Assembly: GCA_964618705.1 (NCBI GenBank)
Contig: CAZUBJ010000001.1
Location: forward strand, 2,050-66,049
Length of the DNA stretch: 64,000 nt
Direction: 5' to 3'
Source: an uncultured Candidatus Saccharibacteria bacterium
GTDB lineage: Bacteria > Patescibacteriota > Minisyncoccia > Phycocordibacterales > Phycocordibacteraceae
The position numbers and the translations under genes are program-made. Below the pieces are notes generated by a model, which made no database searches, was not told where the DNA came from, and saw only the letters and a list, made by a program, of their open reading frames with translations. Of this stretch, positions 27,319-38,000 are shown piece by piece (within the stretch, counting starts at the first letter, position 1; each line of letters opens with the position of its first letter).

Positions 27319-27807
27319 ATGGCTAAGAAAGTTGTAAAGAAAGCAGCAGGTAAGAAAGGGATGAGTGCGCTCGATGCGGTTGAGATTGGTGCAGGAGTAC
27401 TTGCAGCTGTTGCCGCAGCAGGAGCAGCGGGTTACTACTTTTACGGAACGAAGAACGCTGCAGCTCACCGTGAGTCTGCAAGCAAGTGGGCAAAAGGGCT
27501 AAAGCGCGACACGCTCAAGCAGGTGAAGAAGCTTGAGAAGCTCGACGCTAAGAGCGTTGCAGCTGCAGTAGAGAAGGCGTCTGCGGCATATCGCCAGATG
27601 GAGGGTGTTTCTAAAAAGGATGTTGATGCAGCAGTTGAAGAGCTCAAGAAAAATTGGACCAAGATGAAGAAGGAACTTGAGCCATCTACTGACGTGAAGA
27701 AGGCAGTGAAGACTGCTACTAATCCAAAGGCTGCGAAAAAGGCAGTAACTAAGGCGGTCAAGAAGGCGGTCACAACTGCGAAGAAAGCAGTAAAGAAAGC
27801 ACGCTAA
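27319..27807 (+). CDS. YtxH-like protein with a Gly/Ala-zipper segment and a Lys/Ala-rich histone-H1-like C-terminal tail
   Basis: The Gly/Ala-zipper is IGAGVLAAVAAAGAAGYYFYG. The C-terminus carries AKKAVTKAVKKAVTTAKKAVKKAR repeats. Confidence 0.45.
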   Translation: MAKKVVKKAAGKKGMSALDAVEIGAGVLAAVAAAGAAGYYFYGTKNAAAHRESASKWAKGLKRDTLKQVKKLEKLDAKSVAAAVEKASAAYRQMEGVSKKDVDAAVEELKKNWTKMKKELEPSTDVKKAVKTATNPKAAKKAVTKAVKKAVTTAKKAVKKAR

Positions 27808-27971
27808 GCCTGGCTTTCGGCGAAAGGTATCTTTAAAGAACAGCGCTCGTAATCGGGCGCTGTTCTTTTACGGAGGGTGGCTCCGCGCAGCATACTATGG
27901 CACCATAAAGAGGACTCCAAGCCACCAGGTCGCCCTTTTGACAGAAAGGAGCCAACGGCACGTCATACTCT

Positions 27972-28472
27972 ATGGACCAGGACGAAGCAAAAGACTATTT
28001 CCTCCTATCGTACGATACGTACGCCGATGCGATATTTCGCTTCGTCCTTATGAAAGTAAGCGACAAAGAAAAGGCCGAGGACATCACGCAGGAGGTTTTT
28101 ATGCGCTTTTGGCAGGCATTGCGGGAGGGTACGGTACTTAGAAATGATCGAGCCCTTCTGTACGCCATTGCTCGAAATCTCGTAATTGATTGGTACCGCA
28201 AGAAGAAGGAGACATCGCTTGATGCACTCACTGACGAGGGTCTCGAATTTGAAGGCTCAAACGAAGTGCCGATTTTGGAAAGTGCAATGAACGAGGAAGT
28301 GCTCCGCGTGGTATACACGCTGGACGAGCCATCGAGAGAGGCTATGTTGCTGCGATTCGTCGAAGGATTCTCTCCTGCTGAGATTGCGGCGCTTCGGGGA
28401 GAAAGTGCGAACGCCGTCTCGGTGCGGATTAATCGAGCGCTGAAGAAGGTTCGTGAACAACTACACGTATGA
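27972..28472 (+). CDS. ECF (sigma-70 family, group 4) RNA polymerase sigma factor
   Basis: Region 2 is ITQEVFMRFWQ...LYAIARNLVIDWYRKK and region 4 is the HTH PAEIAALRGESANAVSVRINRALKKV. Confidence 0.8.
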   Translation: MDQDEAKDYFLLSYDTYADAIFRFVLMKVSDKEKAEDITQEVFMRFWQALREGTVLRNDRALLYAIARNLVIDWYRKKKETSLDALTDEGLEFEGSNEVPILESAMNEEVLRVVYTLDEPSREAMLLRFVEGFSPAEIAALRGESANAVSVRINRALKKVREQLHV

Positions 28473-29539
28473 TCAACAATGAACGAGAACTATTCCAAGG
28501 GCTAAAGGATCTCACGCTGTCTGAGAAAGCACGCACACACATGCGGAGTGAACTTTCCGCGTACGCAGATATGCATACCTTGCCAGAGACGGAATCAGCT
28601 CCGTTTAACAGCATCTCATTCGTCACGGGTATCTTTTCTACGTCGCGTCCACTTATGGCGGGTGCTTTTGCAATTATTTTTGTCATAACAAGTACCAGTG
28701 CTACTGCGTTTGCGAGCGAGAAGGCACTGCCGGGTGATGTGTTGTACCCAATAAAGGTCGGCGTTGCAGAGCCTGTTGCAAGCGTGTTCGCAGGAACAGG
28801 TGTAGAGAAGGCGCGTTTTCATGCAAAGCTCGCAGTAAAGCGAGTTGAGGAAGCAAAGATGCTCGAAGAGCGCGGCGCGTTAACTGCGGAACAAGAGACA
28901 GAGCTAACTGAGCGATTTATTGCGGAAGCAGAGCGCGTTGAGACCCTAGCAATCGAGTTTGAAACTCGTGACCCTGGCGCTTCGATAGCAATTCGAAGTG
29001 AACTCGCACAAGAGCTTGATGTGCGTATAGATGAGACTCCAGCTGAAGATGTGTCAGCAACTATGGCTATGGCCGATGAGTCAGAGTCAGCGCTAGCAAC
29101 AACGCGTATGGCGAAGGTGGCGAGTGCGCCGAGAGCAGACGAGCCAGACGTGGTGTCATTCAAGAAAATTGTTTCGCAGAAAGTGGCGTACCTGCGCTCG
29201 CTTCAAAACGATCCGCGAGTGCTAGCTGGTGGAGAAGCACTGCGTGCCCTAGAGAGTGAGGAGTCAGGAGCAGAGAAGTCTGCTGTCGCGTCCCGCGGAC
29301 TTCTCTCGGGTGCTTCAGTGATGCGTGCTGAGGAAACAGCATCAACTTCTGCGAGCTCGACTCCCGAGGCTGGTACCCACTTCATTCGTGCGCTTATAAA
29401 GGCAAAGCAGGAGGCGAAGGACGAGCGAAATCAGAGCGACGAATCTGCTACCACTGAGACGCCAGCACTTGATGCTGCGGAGGTAATCGATGCCGTAAAG
29501 AACCCAGGGAGACTGGTTCCAAAACTGCTCAGTCAGTAA
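28469..29539 (+). CDS. Putative anti-sigma factor, DUF5667 family (single TM, LPGDxLYPIK motif)
   Basis: It overlaps the sigma gene by 4 nt. The TM helix is AGAFAIIFVITSTSATAFA and the LPGDVLYPIK motif is typical of DUF5667. Confidence 0.6.
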   Translation: MINNERELFQGLKDLTLSEKARTHMRSELSAYADMHTLPETESAPFNSISFVTGIFSTSRPLMAGAFAIIFVITSTSATAFASEKALPGDVLYPIKVGVAEPVASVFAGTGVEKARFHAKLAVKRVEEAKMLEERGALTAEQETELTERFIAEAERVETLAIEFETRDPGASIAIRSELAQELDVRIDETPAEDVSATMAMADESESALATTRMAKVASAPRADEPDVVSFKKIVSQKVAYLRSLQNDPRVLAGGEALRALESEESGAEKSAVASRGLLSGASVMRAEETASTSASSTPEAGTHFIRALIKAKQEAKDERNQSDESATTETPALDAAEVIDAVKNPGRLVPKLLSQ

Positions 29540-29559
29540 TCTCGTGGTAGGATAGCCCC

Positions 29560-31131
29560 ATGTTCTGGGCAGACCGCATTGCAGACGAAATAATACGAAC
29601 ACGCGCTCCGCGGGATGGGAAATCGTTTCTTATTAGAGACGAGAAGACGCTCTCAGGTCGCGTACACGTGGGAAGTATGCGCGGTGTTGCTATACATGGT
29701 CTTGTACATGAGGCGCTTGCCGCTCGTGGCGTGAAAAGCGAGTACCGCTATGAGTTAAATGACTTTGACCCCTTTGACAGTATCCCTGGCTACCTTGACG
29801 AAGCCGTATTTACTCCGCATTTAGGTAAGCCACTCTACACCGTTCCTTCTCCGGTTGAAGGATACGAAAATTATGCGGAGTACTTTGGTGCGGAGTTTGT
29901 GGCTGTTCATCAGAGGTCAGGTTTTGTACCTACATACTATCGTGCGACCGAATTATATAAGTCGGGAAAGATGGACGAGTGTATCCGCATAGCGCTAACA
30001 CAAGCTGCTGACGTTCGACGCATTTTGAAAGAAGTATCTGGAAGCGTTAAGGACGAATCATGGCTCCCGGTGTCGGTAGTGTGCGAAGCATGCGGAAAGA
30101 TGATGACCACTCGTTCGTTTGATTTCGACGGAGAGACAGTGGGCTATGCGTGTGACAAGGGACCAGACGGTACGGTTCCTTGTGGACATACTGGCCGCGT
30201 GGCCCCATGGAAGGGTGCAGCGAAACTATTCTGGAAGGCTGATTGGGCGGCAAAGTGGGTTGTACAGCAAGTAGATGTCGAGGGTGCAGGTAAGGACCAC
30301 TCCACAAAGGGTGGCTCGCGTGATGCGGCCGCGCACATTGCTCGAGAGCTTTACAACTACGAGCCACCGTTTGATGTACCATACGAGTTTTTCCTTGTTG
30401 GTGGAAAGAAAATGTCTTCATCCAAGGGTAAGGGTTCGTCTGCACATGATATGTGCGCACTCTTCCCTCCGGCAGTGTTCAGACTTGCATTAATTGGCAA
30501 GGACATTAATCAACAAGTAGACGTTGATCCCGAAGGTGACTCTGTTCCGCGTATGTACGACTGGCATGATGATTTGGCGGAGCTGGTGCGGACTGGTGTT
30601 GCAGATGATTTTACGCGGCTCTATGCGTACACTAAGCTGCCAGATGATCGAGCCGAAGGGCATGCGCCATGGATGCTACGTTTCTCCCAAGTTGCTTTCA
30701 TTGCGCAAATGCCTCACATATCGTTGCTTGATGAAGCTACGCGAATCAAAGGCGAAGCACTCACGTCAGAGGAAGTGCTCTTGCTTGAAGAACGTCAGAA
30801 CTATGCGTTGTACTGGCTATCTACCTACGCACCCGAGGCACATCAGTATCGACTACAGGAGCATCTTCCGGAGGGCCTTGAACTCTCGTCCGTGCAACAG
30901 GCCGCACTTCGTACACTTGCGCAGTTTGTTTCTGAGGGGGAACGTACGGGTGAGGAACTGCACGAGAGGTTGCATCAGCTTAAGAGCGAAGTACCAATCC
31001 CACCAAAAGAACTATTCCAAGCACTCTATAAGGTCTTTCTCAATCGCGAGTCCGGACCCAAGGCTGGCTGGTTTCTCTCAGTCCTGCCCCGTGAATACGT
31101 TGTTCGTCAGCTGCAGGCTGCGTGCGCGTAA
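29560..31131 (+). CDS. lysK: Lysine--tRNA ligase, class I (LysRS-I)
   Basis: The class I Rossmann fold has a HIGH-like motif (RVHVGSMRG) and the LysRS-I-specific KMSSSKG variant of KMSKS. A Zn-binding Cys cluster, CEACGKM...C, is also present. Confidence 0.8.
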   Translation: MFWADRIADEIIRTRAPRDGKSFLIRDEKTLSGRVHVGSMRGVAIHGLVHEALAARGVKSEYRYELNDFDPFDSIPGYLDEAVFTPHLGKPLYTVPSPVEGYENYAEYFGAEFVAVHQRSGFVPTYYRATELYKSGKMDECIRIALTQAADVRRILKEVSGSVKDESWLPVSVVCEACGKMMTTRSFDFDGETVGYACDKGPDGTVPCGHTGRVAPWKGAAKLFWKADWAAKWVVQQVDVEGAGKDHSTKGGSRDAAAHIARELYNYEPPFDVPYEFFLVGGKKMSSSKGKGSSAHDMCALFPPAVFRLALIGKDINQQVDVDPEGDSVPRMYDWHDDLAELVRTGVADDFTRLYAYTKLPDDRAEGHAPWMLRFSQVAFIAQMPHISLLDEATRIKGEALTSEEVLLLEERQNYALYWLSTYAPEAHQYRLQEHLPEGLELSSVQQAALRTLAQFVSEGERTGEELHERLHQLKSEVPIPPKELFQALYKVFLNRESGPKAGWFLSVLPREYVVRQLQAACA

Positions 31132-31197
31132 TAGAGAGCGTTGCTATCCGTCTTATACCTCTGTGGGGACAGTGCTCCCTGGTCTATACTTTTATAC

Positions 31198-31881
31198 ATG
31201 AAACGCTCTACACTCATCATTACGTTGTTTACGGTAGTGCTTGTAGCAATTGCGTGCGGGGCAGCCTGGTACCTCGTCGACTCTAGTCAGCGTGTTGCAG
31301 ACTCGCTCGGTGGGGAAAGTGACAACATTCCGATGACTCCCGGGGACGCTATTTATGTCAGCGGGGACTACGGATTCCTGCTCCAGTACCCGGAAGCAGC
31401 GGCTGTGACAGAGACATTTGCGGCAGGATATCACTTGCCACCAACCTGGCGTGCTACGGCTAGCGCGGATACCGTCGGCACGCCCATCGTCTCGTTTACG
31501 ACCTACACAACAAAAAGCGAGACTAACTATCCGCGATACTTTGACGCCCTCATTCGCATCGGTGCAAGTAAGGACTCAAGAGAAGTCGCTCAGTGCTTGA
31601 AAGCCACAAGCGATCAAGGTGAAGTTGAGCTTACTGACATTGTCATAGGCGGCACTACCTGGAAGGCTTTCTCGTTTGAGAATGCTGGCATGCAGCAGTA
31701 TGTACAGGGGATTTCGTATCGAACCGTACATGAGGGCTCCTGCTTTGCTATAGAGAAGCTTGCGGTCGGTTCTAATTACCGCGAAGGAACGAGCGATCAG
31801 GATATTCCTAAAGCCACGTTGGATGCAGAATATGCGAAGCTCGATAGAATTATCCAGACGTTTACATTCGTAGCACAATAG
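31198..31881 (+). CDS. Exported or membrane-anchored hypothetical protein
   Basis: An N-terminal signal/anchor (LIITLFTVVLVAIACGAAWY) is followed by a domain I cannot assign. I chose the start at ATG 31198. Confidence 0.45.
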   Translation: MKRSTLIITLFTVVLVAIACGAAWYLVDSSQRVADSLGGESDNIPMTPGDAIYVSGDYGFLLQYPEAAAVTETFAAGYHLPPTWRATASADTVGTPIVSFTTYTTKSETNYPRYFDALIRIGASKDSREVAQCLKATSDQGEVELTDIVIGGTTWKAFSFENAGMQQYVQGISYRTVHEGSCFAIEKLAVGSNYREGTSDQDIPKATLDAEYAKLDRIIQTFTFVAQ

Positions 31882-31892
31882 CCACACAAGAT

Positions 31893-32231
31893 ATGAACAT
31901 TGTCCATTTCATCGTTTCAGTCGTTGCCATTCTGGTAGCGTCCTACATCGTGCCAAATACCGAAGTAACCTTGGTTGGTGCCATCATCCTTGCGATTGTG
32001 CTTGGTGTTCTTAATCTCTTTGTAAAGCCGATTCTGACCATCCTCACACTTCCGATTACCATACTGACGCTCGGTTTATTCTCCCTCGTAATTAATGCAG
32101 GACTCGTGTTACTTGCGGACGCAATTGTGCCCGACTTCTCTGTGGGTGGCTTCTGGATAGCGGTCCTCTTCTCTGTCGTACTCTCGCTCGTGAATGCGTT
32201 CTTCCACCTCATTCTTCGTAACACTGATTAG
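31893..32231 (+). CDS. DUF360 / phage holin 4_2-like small membrane protein
   Basis: It is 112 aa with three or four TM helices and the characteristic GLVLLADAIVPDFSVGGFW segment. Confidence 0.55.
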   Translation: MNIVHFIVSVVAILVASYIVPNTEVTLVGAIILAIVLGVLNLFVKPILTILTLPITILTLGLFSLVINAGLVLLADAIVPDFSVGGFWIAVLFSVVLSLVNAFFHLILRNTD

Positions 32232-32289
32232 TGCAACTGTGTATAGATAGACACCCGTATACGGCACAACGTGCCGTATACTAGGGAGT

Positions 32290-35031
32290 ATGGAAGGGCC
32301 AATACAGCAGGTAACCTCTCCCGAGGAGGAACTCGCATATCTGCGTGCTCAAATTGCTGCGAAAGAGCAAGAACTTGTATCGCTACGCGAAGAAAAACCG
32401 CGAACAGAAATTGCTCGCGAGCGTATCGTGCATCACCGTATCGCAACGCCAGACGAAGTATTTCATCCAACCTACGTAATGCCGGTAGCAGAGACGGAGC
32501 GTGCAGCCCACACGCTGTCGCTTAATTTGGACCCCGCGAGCACCGACGCGAGCATCGAAGAGTTGCGGGGCATTATGGAGACAAAGGGAGTGCGTAATGC
32601 CATGGCGGTGCTTGATAAGGTTGGAAGCCCGCACCTGGACGACGATTTCCATCGCTTCCTCGTGCAGTACTTACTTGCTGGCATGCCAATACAGGGCATC
32701 GGTGAGAATCAACCAGAGTGGAAGGCGCTTCACATGACCCTCTATGAGATATCACTTCCTGAAAAGAAGGGGGATGATGGTAATAATCGAATCCGCCCGC
32801 TGCGCGAATTGGTTTCGAGCATGGAGCAGTTCTATTCAGGCATGCTGGGGCTTGAAAGCGCGCACGCAGGAGAGTTGTCCTATATGACGCTCGAGCTTGC
32901 GGTGCCTGTGGACCGCTCGCATCTCATGTTCTATGCAGCGGTGCCGAATTCTCGCCGCGACTTGTTTGAGAAGCAGCTAACCGCCGTGTTCCCGGGCGCC
33001 GTTGCTACCATTCAGCCGAACGATTACAACGTGTTTGTGGACGGCGGCACCGCCATGGGAGCAGTGGCCGAGTTTAAGGATCAGCCAATGCTGCCACTGA
33101 AGGACTATCAGGATTTTGACTACGACCCCATCAATGCACTTTTGAATGCGTTTGCAAAAATTGCTCCGGAGGATGAGGGCGCATCGCTCCAGATTGTGTT
33201 CAAGCCAGTGGGGCATCACTACGTCGAGCATTATCGACGCATTTTGCATCAGCTTCGCAAGGGTGAGCATCGTGGACGTGCGTTCAATCTCCCAGAAACA
33301 TTCGTTGGGGACTTTGCGCGTGAAGCAGCGAGTCTTTTTATACCGAAGCAGACACACAACGAGCAACGCCCAGTAGACGAAGCTGCCGTAGAACAAGTTG
33401 AAAAGAAGGTGGCAGCGCCTATTGTTGCAACCAATATTCGCATCGTCGCTTCCTCGATGGACGCGCATCGTGCTGAGCAGATGCTCACTGAGCTAGAGGC
33501 ACCGTTTCATCAGTTTGAGAACACGAAGGGTAACCGTATAGAATTTAAACGTCCAGGTAAGGGCGGGTTAAAGCGATTCTTCCGCGACTTCTCGTTCCGA
33601 CTTTACGAGAAGGCAACAAACATGCCGTTATCACTGCGCGAGTTGACCACGCTCTACCATTTCCCACCACAAGGCATTGAATCATCGCCGCACCTTAAGC
33701 AATCACGTGCGGCAAGCGCTCCAGCACCTATCGGCTTACCTGCCGAGGGCACAATCATTGGTACAAACGATTACCGTGGCGTTACTACCGAGGTACGCAT
33801 TTCACCTGAGGATCGTTTGCGTCACTTATACGTGATTGGACAGACCGGTTCCGGAAAGTCGGGTATGTTGCGTACCTTGATTGATCAAGATATTCGCGCA
33901 GGAAATGGTGTGTGTTTCATTGATCCGCACGGTAACGACGTCGTAGACATATTGGCCAGCATCCCGCCTGAGCGCTATGAGGACGTCATTTACTTTGACC
34001 CAGCAAACATCGAGCGTCCGTTCGGTCTTAATATGCTGGAGTACGATCCAGCACGCCCTGAGCAAAAGTCATTTATTGTGAACGAACTCCTCATGATTTT
34101 CCGTCAGCTCTATGGTGATGTGCCGGAGAGTATGGGTCCTGCGTTCGAGCAGTATTTCCGTAATGCAACTCAGCTCGTGATGGAGGACCCGAGTTCTGGC
34201 TCGACACTCATGGATATTGGTCGCGTGCTTTCCGACGCCTCCTTCCGTAATCTGAAGCTCTCGCGCAGTAACAACCCCGTAGTGAATCAGTTTTGGACTG
34301 AGATTGCGACGAAGGCAGAGGGTGAGGCGAGTTTGCAGAACATTGTGCCGTACATCACCAACAAGTTTGACGAGTTTACCGGCAGTGACTTCATGCGTCC
34401 TATCATTGGTCAGCAGGAATCTTCGTTTAAATTCCGTGAGCTAATCGACAGCAAGAAGATTTTGCTCGTGAATCTTTCAAAAGGTCGCCTAGGGGAGCGC
34501 AATGCGAACCTACTCGGTCTCATCATTGTGGGCAAACTCTTCATGGCTGCGCTTTCGCGCGCAGACTCTGTAGGTACAAACTTCCCACCCTTCTATCTCT
34601 ATATCGATGAGTTCCAGAACATAACCACGTCGTCTATCCCTGGCATTCTCTCAGAAGCTCGCAAGTACAAACTATCGCTTACTGTTGCGCACCAGTACCT
34701 TGCTCAGATTGACGAGAAGATTCGTGGTGCGGTATTTGGTAACGTTGGCAATATGGCGGTGTTCCGTGTGGGCGAGGAAGACGGTGAGTTCTTTGCAAAG
34801 CAGTTCGCGCCAGTATTCACTGCGCTCGACTTCGTAAATACAGAGAATCGCAACGCATACGTTAGAATTCTTGCAAATGGTATGCCGCAGAAGCCGTTCA
34901 ATATAAAAACTATTGATCTGCGGCCGGGCAATCCAGACCAAGTGGATGACCTTAGGCAGTTGTCGTTCCTGACCTATGGGCGAGACCGTGCTACCGTTGA
35001 GGGTATAATTAGGGCACGATACTTATCATAA
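32290..35031 (+). CDS. Large P-loop ATPase of the FtsK/HerA/VirB4 (DUF87-like) superfamily. The N-terminal ~500 aa are of unknown function.
   Basis: The Walker A HLYVIGQTGSGKSG is followed by FIDPHGN. The Walker B is FYLYIDEFQN, then SLTVAHQYLAQI. An AGGGAG SD precedes the ATG. Confidence 0.65.
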   Translation: MEGPIQQVTSPEEELAYLRAQIAAKEQELVSLREEKPRTEIARERIVHHRIATPDEVFHPTYVMPVAETERAAHTLSLNLDPASTDASIEELRGIMETKGVRNAMAVLDKVGSPHLDDDFHRFLVQYLLAGMPIQGIGENQPEWKALHMTLYEISLPEKKGDDGNNRIRPLRELVSSMEQFYSGMLGLESAHAGELSYMTLELAVPVDRSHLMFYAAVPNSRRDLFEKQLTAVFPGAVATIQPNDYNVFVDGGTAMGAVAEFKDQPMLPLKDYQDFDYDPINALLNAFAKIAPEDEGASLQIVFKPVGHHYVEHYRRILHQLRKGEHRGRAFNLPETFVGDFAREAASLFIPKQTHNEQRPVDEAAVEQVEKKVAAPIVATNIRIVASSMDAHRAEQMLTELEAPFHQFENTKGNRIEFKRPGKGGLKRFFRDFSFRLYEKATNMPLSLRELTTLYHFPPQGIESSPHLKQSRAASAPAPIGLPAEGTIIGTNDYRGVTTEVRISPEDRLRHLYVIGQTGSGKSGMLRTLIDQDIRAGNGVCFIDPHGNDVVDILASIPPERYEDVIYFDPANIERPFGLNMLEYDPARPEQKSFIVNELLMIFRQLYGDVPESMGPAFEQYFRNATQLVMEDPSSGSTLMDIGRVLSDASFRNLKLSRSNNPVVNQFWTEIATKAEGEASLQNIVPYITNKFDEFTGSDFMRPIIGQQESSFKFRELIDSKKILLVNLSKGRLGERNANLLGLIIVGKLFMAALSRADSVGTNFPPFYLYIDEFQNITTSSIPGILSEARKYKLSLTVAHQYLAQIDEKIRGAVFGNVGNMAVFRVGEEDGEFFAKQFAPVFTALDFVNTENRNAYVRILANGMPQKPFNIKTIDLRPGNPDQVDDLRQLSFLTYGRDRATVEGIIRARYLS

Positions 35032-35042
35032 TTATTTAGCGT

Positions 35043-38000
35043 ATGGCACGAACCCCGGGTGAGAATCCTCCACGACCAGTTACTAGCCTAACTGGAGAAA
35101 CAGGTAAAGAACTAGTCAAGGACGTGCCAGAGTCTAGTGTTATACCCCAATCCACTCCAGCTTTACCAATTACGGCTAAAGGCGACAAACTCGTTGTAAC
35201 GGTTACTCGTCCGAAGGGAGCGGCGGAAGCTGACACAGCGAAGACGCGACGCGGCACAAGCGGCGGCAAGAAAGACTTGCCACGTCAGCGCGGGAAGAAG
35301 AAACTGGTAATAGCAGAGGGATTGCCAGATCAGGAGCCACTAGTCTTAGGTGACACTATATCAGAACAGGAAGTTGTCATGGGGGCCGCCAAACAATCAT
35401 TCTTGGGCGGTGTTGCTAAGAAGATCAGCGGAAAGAAGCTTCCTAAATACAGTGAAGAGCAGCTCGCGGTGCGCGAACAGCTTAGAACGGCTAAAGAAAG
35501 CACAGAAGGCGTTTCTTTGAAGGATGAATCTGACGCTACCCTCATTTCACTGCGAGACAGAGATCCTGAGCCAGAGAGTATGCCCGCTATGCGCACTACA
35601 CACAACACTCCCATGAGTGAGATATTCGGTAACGCTCCTGTGAACCCGCTCTCACCAGACGTTAACCTTGGAGAAGTTAAAGATGAGCTTAGAAGGCAGA
35701 TTACCGATGAGCAGGCACGGCTAGAGACTGAAGGGAACACGGCAGCAGAGCCACCCGCAAGGAGGAAGGAGACTGCAAAAGAAGTTAAGGAGCGCCTTGC
35801 GCGCAAGGCTGGAGGAGAAAAAGCAAACGCAGAATATCTACAGAAGGACGCGGAGCTCGGTGCCGCAGAACTTGATCGAAAGAATGCGTACTTTGCAGCG
35901 CTCGTGGAATTCCAGAAGAGCCGCTCTATGGGGGATGCTCTTTCGGAGCGACTTGGTGCCAAGTCTGCTGACAAAGTAGAAATGACCGAAGAACTAAAGG
36001 CACTGAAGAAGGAATGGGTACAGTCGAGTAAGGTGCGCGCCAAGAACAGGTTTGATAGTGTGCTGGCTCGTCGCGAAGGTCGCGGTGGTGAGGAGCGACA
36101 GGCTAGAGATACTGAAGCAGTTCTGAGGCGATTTGAGCGTCGTTATGTGCTTCGCGAGGCAGTATTTAAAACCTCCCAGGAGGAAGCTTCTGTGCGAGCA
36201 CGGGCATTAAGTGAGCGCGATAGCCACATTGTCGAGAAGACAGTAAATGGCTTCGCAAATCACTCACTCGTAAAGAAGTGGGGTTCCAAAGCACTACTAG
36301 GTCTCACGACAGTGGGTGTTGGTGGCGGATTGGTTGGCGCCGCATTTACGGTTGGTGCGGGTGCTGTCTTGCCAATACCGTTAGCGATTATTCTTGCCGG
36401 TAGTACCGTGTCTGCTGGGCTCCGTATCCGTGCTGAGCTGCTGAAAGATAAGACTCAGGATCTTGCTGAAAAGGCAAAAGACGCAACAGGAGAAGATAAA
36501 CGAAATATTCTTGACGAAGTAAGGAAGGCACAAGCCAGTCAAGAGAAAGCTCAGAAATGGGCATCACGCCTTACTCTCTCCGGCTGGGCTGGTGGAGCTG
36601 CGAAGTGGTTTACAAGGGATGTGGTCCAGAAGGCAACACGTGACTCAGCAACTCGCAAGGACGCACTTGGTAATATTGGCGGACGAGTAGATGTTGACTG
36701 GAATAGTCAGGATGACTTTGAGCTGCTACGAGAAGAGATTGACGCAGCCACTGCACGCGTGCAACAGGCTGATGTACACCTAGGGTACGCAACTACGGTG
36801 GGTAGTATAGCTGGAGGTGCTGCGCTCGGAGCCGGTGTTGGGTACGCATACTCACACGCAGACGATGTTGTGCGGGCAGCCTCGCCAGTCGTTGATGCTG
36901 GTATCGACAAGGCCGGCGACGCCTTCGATTCTGCAAAGGAATGGACGGGTGGCGCCTCTCACTCAGCAAAGGAGTGGCTAGGCGACCATATTCCTGGACA
37001 GCACGACACCGACGCGGCACCATCCGGCGCGTTGAAAGCCGAGGTTGATAAGGGAGCGCCAGCAGGTGGGGGCGATGCTCCTGCAGCAAAGGCAGACACT
37101 GCGCCTGTAGAAGCGAAAGTCGACACTGCCCCTGCTGCTAAGGTTGATACTGACACTGCGAAAGCTGACGCTGCTCCTGCAGCGAAAGCAGATGTCGTGC
37201 CTGCTCCGGCTGTGCCTAAGGTGGAAGCAACCCCTACTGCTCCAGACGGACTTATGGCAGGTGTTGAGGTTAAGCCAGGACAGGGATTTGGAGAAATGAT
37301 TGTGGCGCTTCGCGGACAGATTCCGGATGATATTCAGAATCCTTCACCTGCGCTTGAGCATGTACTAAACAGCAATGCAAACGCGCTCACGCACGAGTTA
37401 GAAGTTGCTATGGATGGCAAGAGTCTTGTAATGCAACCGGGTGACAAATTCTTTGTCGACAACGACCAGAATATTTGGTTCCAGCAGGTAGGAGAGAAGC
37501 AGCCACACTTGGCGTTTGAGAACGTGACACCGTCGCCAGAGCATCCAGACGGATACGTAGCGCACCCCATTGATGGGAAGATGATGGCAGATCCGGTTCT
37601 CCCTACTCCAAAAGTGGTTGCGGAATCAGTACCAACAACACCGGGCGCTGCCTCTGACATTGTTATCACATCAGGAAACGAAGACATTACTGTGGGTGAC
37701 GTGACCATCTCGCAGGGTGGAGGAATTGTTGACCCATCGCTAGTGTCTACTGGCCCAGAGCAGCTCGTGGTTAACCCAGTTGATTCAGGTCAGGACGTTA
37801 AGCCACTCGTGCAGCCGGAGAAACTAGATACCACCATACCAGCGACCGATGCGCAGGCTCCTGCAGAGGCTCCCAAGGCTGATGCGCCAGCACCTGCGCC
37901 TGAAGTTCAGGCTCCGAAGTTAGAGATTGTGGGCACTGCACATCCGTTTGCAGATCCTGCCGCTGGTCAGGACCTTAATCCGAACGGTGTGGACTTAAAT

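Noticed and set aside
35330-36043. A 237-aa minus-strand ORF inside the giant membrane protein gene
   Set aside because: It is antisense to a long continuous ORF. Its Ser/Ala-rich translation is a mirror-image artefact of the Lys/Glu/Ala-rich sense strand.
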